A stretch of 64,000 bases of DNA, taken from contig MU619242.1 of NCBI GenBank assembly GCA_025201805.1, forward strand, positions 267,507 through 331,506, read 5' to 3'. The DNA is from Parasitella parasitica NRRL 2501 (taxonomy: Eukaryota > Fungi > Mucoromycota). Under the pieces are notes generated by a model that was not told the DNA's origin, ran no database searches, and was given only the letters and a program-made list of their open reading frames with translations. Shown here piece after piece: positions 23,765-36,620 of this stretch. A program made the position numbers and the translations under genes. Position 1 is the first letter of the stretch. Each line of letters begins with the position of its first letter.

Positions 23765-26700
23765 TGTTATAGATCAGTATAAACTGATCATCACATAAAA
23801 AGAATCTCCGTAAATTGTATCAATATGAACTTCAAATTACCCAGAATATTCCACAAAGATTACAATCGTCAAGACCAGGCTAGCATGGATTTAAGAAGAC
23901 GTAATCCAATATCAAGAACAAATAGAAACAACTCCAACACTCGTCAAATCTGCCATTGGTTATCTCTTTATCAATCCTTGCTGCCAAAACGTCCTGGATG
24001 AATAATCCAATATAATTTAGCTTCAAATCCATAATCATTTACCCTTGGAAAACTAGTATAAAAAGATAGTTTTTAATTGACATTTGATGAGCTTCATCTA
24101 AAAAATAAATAACAGTTTTAAAAAGTATTTTTTTTTACATATTTTTTACTAGTAATTTCACATTTTACTTTTTAAATTCTACTACCATCAAAATGTCTAC
24201 TACCTCTCAACAACGTCGTGAATCCAATGCCTCCTCTTCTGCCTCTACTCAAGAAGGTCCTGGCCCCATGGAGATCGACAACTCGTCTGACTCTTCTAAA
24301 GATGTTACTGTCGGCCAAACTCAAGAAATCAAGAATCCTATCAAGGTGTTGGGTCATGCTGACCAAATCGTTGCCTCTTTAACTCAAGAAATTACCAATC
24401 TATTTGATCAATATACTAATCTCATGAGTTCAGAGCCTCTGTCACCTGCTACTGCTGAAGCCAGGGAGCGATACGAAAAGGCAGTATCTTCCTTGGATGG
24501 GTACAAGCAAACCCAGGCTTCTTTCAAGAACCAATTTGTCAAGAAAATTGAACTGCCTACATCTACTTCGATTCATTCAAGAGCTATTGTACCGTCAGGT
24601 CTTCCATTCTTGCAATTAAATGGTGATTACCGTTGGAAGGCGAATGAAGAAACATTTGATTCTGCCTATGATTTCTGTGTATCTTTCCAAAAGGTACTGA
24701 ATGCTCACCTGCAAGAACTGAACTCGAATTGGGAACGTCTTCTGCCAATGTCTTTAAATGGTGAGCAGGTATCGTGGTTCCAGGAAAATCTGGCAAACAA
24801 GGGTCTCTCTTGGGAACAAGCTCGCTCCAGTATCTTGGATACTTTTGATACGCCATATCGAAAATTTTTACTCATGGCTCAAGTGGGCTCCATGCGCCAA
24901 AGGGAAAAAGAAACTAATAGAGAATACGCTAGCAGATTCCAAAAGCTTCGTAGAGAAGCTGGAATTGAGGATGGTACTTCTCTTGCAGTTTCGTTCTTTG
25001 TTTCTTTAAGGGACACTGTAAAATCTCAATCGCAAGTAGCCATTGCCTCTCATTTTGGGTCTTCTCTGCCAACTTCAATTAACCAAATGATTGATCTCGT
25101 CAACGCAGCAGGTGATGACTCGGGTCTGGTTAACTATAAAAACCAAAACAATTACTATTCCAATAAGCGGGCTAAACGAACCGATGAAAATGAGGAAAAT
25201 AACAATATATGCAAGTACTGTAAAAAAGTAGCTTGGTTTAAAGGCCATCGTTGCGATGAATATGTTCAACATATGAAGCAAAAGAAATTTAGTAGAATTT
25301 CCCGTATGGCCAAAAGAAGCTATAATCAACATCAAAAAGAAATTACTGAGCCTTGGAACTCATTTGCAGCTCAAAATGAAGAAGCATTAACATGTAAGCA
25401 AAAATTTGTAACTAAAGACTTCAAAATTTCTAATAATGATTCAATTATATTTCCAATTAGAATCAATGGTGGTAATGAAATGTCTCTTTTAGACACTGGT
25501 GCCTCAACTTTAGCGCAGTTGATTATCAATTTTGTCGAGCAAATAAAATAGCTATAAATCATGATTATATAAATGAAACTGATAATTACATAAAACTTGC
25601 TGACTCTAACTCATTTGTAAAGCGTATTGGAACTTGTAAATTAAATGTAACTTGTAACAATAAGATACTCAGAGATCTCACCTTTGAAGTAATGAATTTA
25701 AACAATTCTGAGTATAATGTAAGCATTGGATTAAATCACATGCATGCCTTTGGAATTGGTATTACAGGACTTCCAATTTCTCATGATAATACATTGAACA
25801 ATTCTAATGAAAACGAAAAGAAATCTTTGACATTATTAAATAATTACAAAAATACAAGTGCCTTGTTACAATCAATTGAAGAAGATAACAAAAAAATTGA
25901 AGATTGTCCAGCCATGCCCACAAACGAATACCGGGAGGCATTGCAAATTATTCAACCTTTAATTGATGAAAATCAAAATATACCAAAGGGAAGTTTTTGT
26001 ACAATCCCAGAAAGTGAAGTCTCATTAGAGACACCTAAAGGAAAAACAGCTTTTAGAAGACCATATCCTGTACCACTTGTATACCATAAAATAGTGGATG
26101 ATCAAATAACAGAATGGCTGGATAATGGCATAATTAAACCTGCAGACTCCCTATCAGAATGGAACTGTCCGCTAACTATTGTCAAAAAGACAAATGGTAA
26201 AGGAGAAATAACAGGACACAGAGTATGTCATGATCCAAGACATGTCAATGCCCTATTACAGGTTAAAGATCGGATGCCCTTACCAATTATTAGTGAATTG
26301 TTTGAGGACTTGAAAGGTGCTGTTGTCTACAGCACCTGCGACTTAAAATCGGCATTCAATTCTCTAAAATTGAATTCTCAACATGCCCACAAACTAAATT
26401 TTACATGGCGTGATAAGCAGTATACACCTATAGGCACCGTTTTTGGGATTTCCCATGTCTCATCCGTAATGATGCGCACTATGAGCATTGTATTAGGAGG
26501 CAATGAATTTAAAGCCTTTACTAGATTTTTCATTGATGACATAGTAATTTTTAGCACATGTATAGAAGAACACAGAATTCACATTGAAAAAGTAATTAAA
26601 AGACTCACAGAAGTTAACCTGAAATTGCAACCAAAGAAATGCAAATTTTTCCAAAATCAAATTGACTTATTAGGCTTCCATATTGCCCCAAGAGGTATAT

Positions 26701-29406
26701 CCTTAGACAGAAGAAAGCTTGTCAATGTCATAGAATTCCCACAACCGAAATCATTCAAAGATATACAAAGATATACAGGTTTAATCCAATACTTTGCTCC
26801 ATTAATCCCAAACATCTCTCAATTAATGGCTCCTTTGAATCCACTGAGATACGAAAAAAATCTTGTCAAGATCTGGAACGCCGATCATCAAAAAGCTTTT
26901 GAAAACCTAAAAAAAGCACTATTAAATGATACCGTCCTATCATTTCCTGACTTGAATCATGATTTTTATGTTGGAACAGACGCAAGTAATGTTGGAACAG
27001 ACGCAAGTAATGTTGGAATAGGAGTTATTCTATACCAAAAAATAAATGGAGAAGTTAAATTCATTTCAATGCAAGCAAAATCATTATCCAAAAGTGAACG
27101 TAATTATTCTGCCACCAAAAGGGAACTCTTGGCTGTAGTATACGCTTTGAAGAAATTCCATAAATATCTATTTGGGAAGCCCTTTATCTTATACACGGAT
27201 CATAAAGCCTTAACATACCTGCATACTCAACGTATTGCCAACGCCATGATGATTTCTTGGTTGGATACCATCCTGCAGTATGATTTTCAAATCGTGCATT
27301 TAAGTGGAATAAAAAACGTTTTACCTGATACATTATCACGATTGTTTGAAGCTGACGAACCCTTAAATGAACTGGGAGGGGGTAAAGGTAAGAACAAAAA
27401 TCTAATAAGCAGAGCTGCATCCTTACTTACTGATATTGATTTACCTGACATACATAGTGGTGAATATATGACACCACCAACAATAGAAGAAAGGAATCAA
27501 TTACTCGAAGAAGAACATTTAAAAGGACATTTTGCCTCTGACGCTATATACTATGCACTGAAACGTAAAGGAATATATTGGAAAGATTTAAAAAACGATG
27601 CAATAAAACTTGTAAAAAATTGTTTGCCATGTCAACAATTCAATATAGTACGTAAGGGATATAATCCATTAAGACCAATCATTAGCACTTTGCCTGGAGA
27701 CAGTTGGGGCTTAGACTTAGCCGGACCATTTAAAACGTCAACCCAAGGAAATAACTACTTATTAATTATGGTAGATGTTGCTACAAGATATTGTGTTCTT
27801 AAACCAATTCCTGATAAAAGTGCATTATCAATCTGTAAAGAACTTGTACAATTAATAACAACCTACGGCCCAATGAGAGTCATTCAATCAGATAATGGAA
27901 CCGAGTTTGTCAATGAAGCAGTACAACTATTAGCAGAACACGCAGGTTTTGAACATAGACTTATAAGCAAATGGCACCCAAGGGGTAACGGTCTATCAGA
28001 GCGATTTGTACAAAGTAGTGTAAACGTAATTAAAAAACGGGTTGCTGGAATGAGTGCTGATTGGGATATTTATGTGCCCTCCACAATGTTACATTTAAAT
28101 TGTAAATACAATGAAAGAACAAAGACACCACCATTCACTTTAATGTTTGGAAGAACTGCAAATGATTTCAAAGATTACAGTCAGGAAAAAGATGAATCAA
28201 CTCGCTTAGAAATTAATAGAGAACTACTTTCTCGAATCAAAATGATGACTGAATGTGTATTTCCAAGTATTCATGAGAGAGTCAAGCTTGTAACAGAAAA
28301 ACAAAAAGAAAGATTTGATTCTACTCATAGATTAATAAAAATACCAGAAGGTGCTTTAGTTATGATCAAAGTGCAAGAAAAGGGAAATAAACTTGACCCT
28401 AACTACATAGGCTTATACAAAGTAAAAAGGATCACAAAAGGAGGATCATATGTTCTAGAAAATGAAAAGGGACAATTAGAACCCAAGAACTTTGCTCCAT
28501 CTTTACTTAAAGTGGTATCCGAAGATCCAATTCAATCAACAGATGAATTTTATGATGTTGAAGCAATAGTTGCTCACAAAAAAGAGAATGGAAAATATCT
28601 ATATAATGTAAAATGGAAAGTTGACCATGATGAATATACATGGGAACCGCAGGAGCATTTTGTTGACCAAAAATTCATCACTGAATATTGGAAAAGAATT
28701 GGAAAAGTACCTGAAGACTTTTCTTGGAAAAAACAATATAAAAATGATTTCCAAAATAGGCAGAGAAAAAGAAAAGTTCAAAATACTGAGTCTCTTGCTC
28801 AAAATAAGAAACCTAAATCATATCATGTAGATAACAAATCCTCCCACAATGATCTAAAAAATAACAATTCACTATCAACTCCAGATTCATGTAAAGAAAA
28901 GAATTCTGAAATCTTTTCAAAAATTGATAGATCAAATATTATAAAAGGAAAGCGAAACCGTGAATGATTTAAGAATTGAACCTTTAATCACACTGGCAGG
29001 GGATAATGTTATAGATCAGTATAAACTGATCATCACATAAAAAGAATCTCCGTAAATTGTATCAATATGAACTTCAAATTACCCAGAATATTCCACAAAG
29101 ATTACAATCGTCAAGACCAGGCTAGCATGGATTTAAGAAGACGTAATCCAATATCAAGAACAAATAGAAACAACTCCAACACTCGTCAAATCTGCCATTG
29201 GTTATCTCTTTATCAATCCTTGCTGCCAAAACGTCCTGGATGAATAATCCAATATAATTTAGCTTCAAATCCATAATCATTTACCCTTGGAAAACTAGTA
29301 TAAAAAGATAGTTTTTAATTGAGATTTGATGAGCTTAATCTAAAAAAAATAAAGAACAGTTTTAAAAAGTATTTTTTTTTACATATTTTTTACTAGTAAT
29401 TTCACA
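23765..29406 (+). mobile_element. Full-length Ty3/Gypsy chromovirus (LTR family B)
   Basis: LTRs at 23765-24162 and 29007-29406 (TG...CA; 3 substitutions plus a 2-bp indel). PPT GGCAGGGGATAA precedes the 3' LTR. Gag-PR-RT-RNH-IN-chromodomain order. Confidence 0.96.
24193..28967 (+). pseudogene. gag-pol polyprotein with one frameshift in the protease (~25504)
   Basis: Gag with CKYC...GHRC, PR LLDTGA, RT DLKSAF and FFIDD, RNH TDAS...YSATKRELLA, IN HHCC plus D-D-E (LDLAGP, SDNGTEF, NGLSER), chromodomain YDVEAIVAH...YNVKW...TWEP. After DTGA the pol frame (FSAVDYQFC...FEVMNL) is open up to the ORF at 25692. Confidence 0.9.
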
Positions 29407-29605
29407 ATAACCAATGGCAGATTTGACGAGTGTTGGAGTTGTTTCTATTTGTTCTTGATATTGGATTACGTCTTCTTAAGTCCATGCTAGCCTGGTCTTG
29501 ACGATTGTAATCTTTGTGGAATATTCTGGGTAATTTGAAGTTCATATTGATACAATTTACGGAGATTCTTTTTATGTGATGATCAGTTTATACTGATCTA
29601 TAACA
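29407..29605 (-). repeat. Inverted partial family-B LTR (first 199 bp), fused directly to the 3' LTR
   Basis: Reverse complement of 29007-29205 with one mismatch. Confidence 0.95.
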
Positions 29606-29815
29606 GTTATGTCAAAAGTCTGATAAAATAAATCTGCCAAAGAATTACACCTTTATTCATAATACATCTCTCGATGTATTATATACACATTCATTACACT
29701 AGGGTTCTACTGTTTAGCTGCATAATGTAAATCATGACTACCCATGATTTACTGTAAGACCCTGGGACTGATCTGAGATCCTGATGTGAGACTTTGCCAT
29801 GTTATTGATATAACA
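29606..29815 (-). repeat. Family-A LTR, complete except one terminal base
   Basis: Colinear with 1687-1898; starts GTTATGTC (first T missing) and ends GATATAACA. Confidence 0.92.
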
Positions 29816-29975
29816 GGTCTTACAGTAAATCATGGGTAGTCATGATTTTTTACATTATGCAGCTAGACAGTAGAACCCTAGTTTAATGAATGTGTATATA
29901 ATACATCGAGAGATGTATTATGAATAAAGGTGTAATTCTTTGGCAGATTTATTTTATCAGACTTTTGACATAACA
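29816..29975 (+). repeat. Right 160 bp of the split family-A LTR
   Basis: Reverse complement of 29606-29761 with 2 substitutions and a 3-T insertion. Contains TATATAA and AATAAA; ends GACATAACA. Confidence 0.92.
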
Positions 29976-30644
29976 CAAAGTGCTTTCCCTTACACAATAG
30001 ACATTCAGAATAAGAATAATAATGACAAAGATATCAATTATGGCAGCTCGTCATTCAATGAGTTTTTCCCATCATTCTAGATAAGGATATCTTTAACACA
30101 ATAACTAAAGTATGACGATAGCCATCCTTACACGGCCAACTAATGTTACGCAAATCTCTATCAATGTTGAAAGCATTCAGCATAATTTGCTTCTCCTGCA
30201 AACCTAAAAATTAAACAACGACAAATCAACGCATTGACTCTCGGATCAATGCTTCATTCATGAGAACTGATATACAACAATTCGAATCCTATGAATACTA
30301 AGATGTGTTTCTCTATATAAAACCTCACTATTTTTATAATAAAGAATCCCAAACTTGATTATAATTGTAATTTCATATCGCTTTTATTTTTATATTTTTT
30401 TTTTTATTTCGTAAATCTTTCAAATTTACTGCAGCTAATACTGACATTAGTTGATTTATGACAATTTGTTCAAGAGTAGATTTATTATAAGGAATTATAT
30501 AAATGATTATATATGAGATAAAAGATATATTCTTTATTATTTTTTAAGATACAATTAATATTTATACTAATTAAAAAGATCACAAACAAAGTCTGTGTGC
30601 ACATTGTTGTATCCATATAAAGGCTACATATGTCATATCTGACG

Positions 30645-30936
30645 TGTCAATTTCCCAACCGGAAGTCAAACTCAAGTAAACTCAATCCTCAACACAATTC
30701 AGGAACATATCCCAATGGATCATGTTCCTTATTTATGACTCAACATGACATGTTCATGGACAATAGATACAATCTATCGTTCCATTCTCTAAATCACACC
30801 ACATGTCTCACATTTGTATCTTATCCTCCCATCAGTCCACTTAGATTCGCTAGTATATAAACCATCATTTTTTCCATGTAATAAACGAGATCTTTACCTG
30901 ATTAATTCACAACCTTTTTATTTGAATAATTTCTCA
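30645..30936 (+). repeat. Possible third-family solo LTR-like sequence
   Basis: Starts TGTCA, has GTATATAAA then AATAAA and candidate CA ends. No TSD and no second copy found, so boundaries are uncertain. Confidence 0.3.
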
Positions 30937-32189
30937 TTCTGATAAATCAATGCGGTTTTAGAATTGATACATTAATCTGGAAGCTATCTTAGAGGAATTA
31001 ATGGTGAGTGAGTGTTCGCGAGAGTTTAGTCTATCAGTGTAGTGGTGCTGGGATGGCGGTGTGCCCGAGATTCGACTTGTTGGGTATTCTCTCATTCATG
31101 CAAAGAATTAAACTGTGAGGACACTCTTATTGGGAGCTGTCTATACCAAGGCTATTATTAGCGTGAATCATCAATATGAACGGTAAGGTGGAAATAATAC
31201 TGCTGTATTAGTAATGTATAGCTTACAAAATACATCAAAACATGCACTACTTGAAGTAAGCTATCACAGCTGTCGACAAAAGCTCGAGGGCTGGTAAAAT
31301 GCACTTTGCACTAGACGTCGAGAATAAATTCAAACCAAAAGTTGACGAAGAAAAGAAAAAACTCACTAGTCTTTGCTAAGATATAATATTTGAGTCTGCT
31401 CATTCTGTTTCAACAGAAATAATATAGCTTCAGGTCTATCGACTAAGCGGCTTGATATCTTGTTCGGCATCCACACATTTTCTTGATAAAGACGGGATCA
31501 GATTTCCGGCAGCAACTAGCGAAGGTAGTATATGCATATAGTATTTAATTCCTATAGAAACTAGCTATAGTGTTTGGATAGGTGCTATGCAATATCTTAC
31601 CATCAAAAGCCTTACAAGAAACGAAAGAGTATCTTGAGCTAGTAGCGCATCTTCTGAGCCTAAACAAACCCGATAAACTGCTATTTGAAGTCGTTTGCAG
31701 ATGAATTAAATGCATGTGCTTTTAGGGGCTGAAATGATGGCGCAAAATCAGGAAAAAACAGTTAATTCTTATTGTCGCAGCAATGCAATAATTTTGACTT
31801 TGCTGGTGGAAAATTTTGGATATCACTAAGCGAAAAAATAAATTAACTTTCCAACACTTGAATGGATTCGCTCAAAAGTAAAGTAGGCATTCAATAGTAA
31901 AAGAGATAAACCTGAAACTTCAAAAAAATATTCCTTGAAGTATATTCTTTGTTACTTTTACTGCTAGCTCAACTACTCTTAATCTTTTGAAACAGACTAG
32001 AAAAGTATATCTCAAGTTTTGTATCATTCATCATTCAGATAACGAGCAATAACACCAATTCCATAGTCGTTTTAGCCCTGGAATCATTCTATGGAGCTGG
32101 TGATCCAATATGATAAACTCATCGTTCGATAGATCAAGAAATTAAGTAATAGAAATTGACATGTTATATCATTATTTTAATTTATTTCT

Positions 32190-33035
32190 TTACAACTCCA
32201 TATTCGCAGCTTCATCTTCAGAGGAGGAATCGAAGCAGCTGGCCGAGTTCATACCTTCATCGTCAGAACTTTCATCATCAACAGCATCGGCAGCTTCTTT
32301 TGTAGCATATCTCGAGACATAATCTAGAGCAAAGCACGTATTAGAACCTCTTTCAAATTATTATAAACCATTCTAGTATAGTACCTTTAACTTTAAGTTC
32401 ATATTTGGCTGGCTCTCTCATCAATAACGCAGCTGCTTCGCCGTTTAAAGGATCAGTAGGATTGGGGTATCGCAGCAATTGAGGAAGGAAAACTTCGAAA
32501 ATATTAATCATATCTTTTGGCAGCAAAAATTAGTACATTTCGCTATAGTAGCAACAGACTATGAATTACCAAACATTGGGCTCCAGGTTTGGTTTATAAC
32601 GTCCAGACAAACAGAACCGCTCCTGCAGGTAATTATTAGTCCACGCTATTTTTTTTTTTTTTTTAATTGTAGCCATAGATGGTCTTACACTTCATCAATA
32701 TTTGGGTGAAATATTCTATTCATAAAACCAATACTCGGTGATTTGTAAGGATATTGATCAGGTAATTCAACATGGATCTTCCATACGCCGCCGTTGAAAG
32801 GAGCTACGAGATAGTTTAGCTTCGGAAGAATTATATACGCTTTGCGGTACATACTATCAGTAGGTCCATGAAAACGAACGTAAAATTCTTGCATATTATC
32901 ATTGACTAGAGTTACTTCATAATCACTCATAAGGCTGTTCTACGTCAATTTATGACACTTTTAGGCCCTAAAAGATGTGCGTGACACTTACAGCTTCATA
33001 ACATCGGTTTCTATTCTTCTTCTTGGTGTAGACAT
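32190..33035 (-). CDS. UBC8: Ubiquitin-conjugating enzyme E2 H / Ubc8 (multi-exon)
   Basis: [72 protein letters not shown], acidic tail. Confidence 0.93.
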
Positions 33036-33373
33036 GTTGTGTTTTATTAAAGAGATAAAGGAAAAAACAAGAAACATTTAAAAAAGGAGTTTAATAAATA
33101 TGAGGGAAAAAATCTTCATTTGCTGATTGGTCTAGTGAGTTGAAAGAATTTGGAATGCAAGATACTCGATTCGCTTTAAAACGGGATGTTGCGTATAGAC
33201 AAGTCGTCGGGTTTGGTGCTATCTTCCAAGTGATTTACGTCTGTATTTGTAGCAAATTTGGGCTGCTTAACGTGTTTATTTTATTCACAATGAAAACCTA
33301 GGCATTTTCCTGTTTCGGTGTTTCAGAGAATTTATCGTGTTTGTTGGGAAATATAGCATATTGGCATTTTATT

Positions 33374-35404
33374 TTAGGTATATGAATCAGCAGAAGCTAG
33401 CACATGTTCGCTTACAGTATCAGCTAAATAAATAAGCATTTTAATTTCGGTAGATCCAAATGAAAATTCTATAGTGACGTCCATGCGAGTACCAGGCTTG
33501 ACATGAGCGAGTAATGGCATTTTGATTGGAATCTCTGCCAATTTTATAACCGAACTATCTGTGATTTGTCTTGGTACAACATCCTGTTCGGACATATACA
33601 AATCTGCTTCCGTATGCTTCGGATACTCGATCCAGTATGAGCGTTTAATTTTCTGATTTATCGAGACGCGTTGACCTTTTCTAGCAATCACACCAAATCT
33701 TGTAGAGCATCGTTTTATACCATCCTTCGTGATGAATACACTGTCCTCAGGATCCAGGCCTTCTTCAAATGGAAGACGAGTTTGGACCCCATAAGTTCGT
33801 CGCAGGACTTTACTCGTAATCAAATTTGGTCTTTTAATATATGCAGCTGCACCTCTAGCAATGGCTAATTCCCCAGAAGGAGGCATTGCAATCTCTCCTA
33901 CTTGATGACTGAAATTAATTTTGAGTATATCGTACAAATAGCTTGAGCATCCAAATCCTCCAACTAAAAATATAGCGTCCACAACGGCCCCAGCTTGATT
34001 TATCTGCTGCTCAACAAGCTCTACAACTTGTCTCAAAACCGGTTCAAAGACTTTATCTCGTAGTTCGTGTAGTAGAAAAATCATCGAGGCTCCCTACAAA
34101 GCTAAGGTCAGTATTCCAGGCCACGTCATGTTTAATGAGTGTCATTTACGTCCTTTAATAATCGTGTTGGGATGTAGGGCAATGCACCAGCAGGGACATC
34201 GAGCAGATAGTATTCCTCGTCGCCTAGATAATCAGGCTTGACAAAGTGAATAAAATTGTCCATCATCATTTCAAAGAAACAGGTAGGCATTTCGCCAATC
34301 AGTTTTGATTGTAAAAGCTTCCTCATATTTTGATCTATAAATGCACTGCCACACATGCCACCATGGCCTCGAGTAATTTCTTTCAGAGACCTAGGTGGTG
34401 TGTCAGCTTCAATTAGACTACAGAGCAAAGGCGTAAGAGATCTTTTCTGTCGACTAGTTTAATTGAGGCTACTTACTATGTAATCAGGTCAACTGTGCCT
34501 CCACCAGCATCAACAATCATGAATGTATTTCCATCCGACAAGTTCCACGATTTGTATTTGTATTCGCAATAAGCAGCAGCAGCTTCTGGTTCACTAATTA
34601 ATTCAAGTCGTTGGATGGGATCATCATGCTCGATTATTCCTGCTTTGATTGAAGCTTCTCGCATAATAGCTTTGGATTCGTCCGACCAAATAGCAGGTAT
34701 AGTCAAGCACTATTGCGAATAATTAAAATAGATACTGATATCAGCTTTTGTCAAAAGCAGAGACTTACATATCGGTACTGTCCCTGACTATAATCTTGTA
34801 ATAGCTTCGTGTTTTGCAATTGCTCGCATATGTGCTCATGGAAAACTCTCAAGAAATCAGAAATCACATCCATTGGCGATTTGCCTTTGGGCAAAGGCAC
34901 ATCGTCTGGTTGAACAAGTGCCAGTTTGAAATATTGCAATAAAGTACCAATTTGATCCGGCTTGTACAAACGTCTTTTTTTTTTAGTACTAATGTTGAGT
35001 TACTTTAATCTTGTCAAAGACTTACCTTCAAAGATTGCAATCGAGCACCTCTACCCCAATCCACCAGCTTGCTGTTTTTATTTCTGTAATACAAAAGTGT
35101 TGGCACCTTGGCATAGAAACCGTTGTTTTTAGGCCACCGAGTTATATCGTAAATTTCATCCTCATCATCAGACTGAAGAGTATAGCAGCATCCCTACTTG
35201 TGTTAATTAACTGCTCTTTTTGTATCGAAAATCAGCTTCATTACTGCTAATTTTTCTTACTGAATACGTCGTGCCTTTCATGTGTATGGAAGTAGGAAAT
35301 GGTTAGACAAATACTCAACTTTCGTATGGCGAACATTACATACCGAAATCTAAAGACACAATGACTGGATAATCCACCAACTTGCTATCCTTCTCAGCTA
35401 GCAT
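33374..35404 (-). CDS. HSP70-superfamily (HSPA12-like) actin-fold ATPase, multi-exon
   Basis: VIVSLDFGTTYS (split across a micro-exon), TIPAIW, LISEPEAAA, VDAGGGTVDL, CGSAFID, LVGGFGCSSYL, AIARGA. Confidence 0.85.
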
Positions 35405-36620
35405 TCAGGTAACTTATAAACAGGGAACAAAAAGGCAAAAAAGAACAGGCAAACAACAGTTGTGCTGCTGTTAGAAGTAAACTGTAATTCATATCGGAGC
35501 CACATATTTTTTTTTTGTGCCACGGATGGTTTAGTTGTAGACTTTCATTACAGAAATACTACATCTTGAGTAATTAGCTTCAATAAAATGTGAATATGAT
35601 ATATATATAATATAATATTTGATTTATTAACGAAAAGGTTATATTCTGGATAATGACTATCTTGTTATTGTTCCAAGACATGTGCTACAACGTATATGTA
35701 AAAAGAATGGTAGAAGCTATGCATGTAAAAGTAGTTCATCGACATAAATCGAATATATTTGCACTCACAGTCAGACTTTCAAGAATTGGCTTGATTTAAA
35801 AAGCTGTGTACACAGATCAGAGTGAGAATCAAATGTGGGAAAGACAATTAAGCATCTATCTTCATTTGCATGTATAACCCTGATGATTACTATTTATGTA
35901 TACCAATAGACATGTATACAAAGAAGAGGATCCCGTGCTTTTTAACTCATATTACGCAGGAAAGGAATTTATTATTCATGAGTCTTCACTATTATGCTTA
36001 TATCAAGCTTTTGATCTAATTGACCAATGTGCTTGGCCTTGAGCAAACCATTGAAATTCTGTACTTTAGAAATGCAATTTTTTTTTTTTTTTTTTCCTTT
36101 CAAGTATGTTATTTTAGAAACTGAACAACAAAGGCGGTGCATCTACACAAACACACAACATAACATGACAAGACATGAGATAGTCCACACGATTAAACTA
36201 AGCTATAGCAATCAATTAATGTACCAAGCTCCATGTATGTATAATATATGGACTTAGTTATGTGGATTGTTTGCTATCAAGCATCATGTTATTATTATTA
36301 TGTAAGGCTCGAGAACCTTCTGTTTGTGTGTTGTTGAGCGCCATTTCACCAAGCGGATCGCGGATCGCGCATCACAGTTCTTTGTGTTCCAGTTATTTAA
36401 GATATAGAAACAGTGCCAAAGACCTTTTTTGATCCTTTTTATTCCTCCATCTTATTTCTTTTTTTTTTTTTTTTTTACCCAAAAAGCTTGTTACAAGAAA
36501 ATCTCTTTATTATACACACACATATATATATAATTGTAAATTTGTGTATACAGATACATATATTATATATATACAAAAATAGCTAAGCACTCATACCCTG
36601 ATAGTTTTGTATTTTGTTCC

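Noticed and set aside
25495-25551. Programmed gag-pol frameshift
   Set aside because: The shift lies inside the protease active-site region and has no slippery heptamer; treated as a mutation.
20200-32100. Centromere or pericentromere
   Set aside because: Gene-free and AT-rich, but only ~12 kb, with no LINE array, and I cannot verify a centromere motif from sequence alone.
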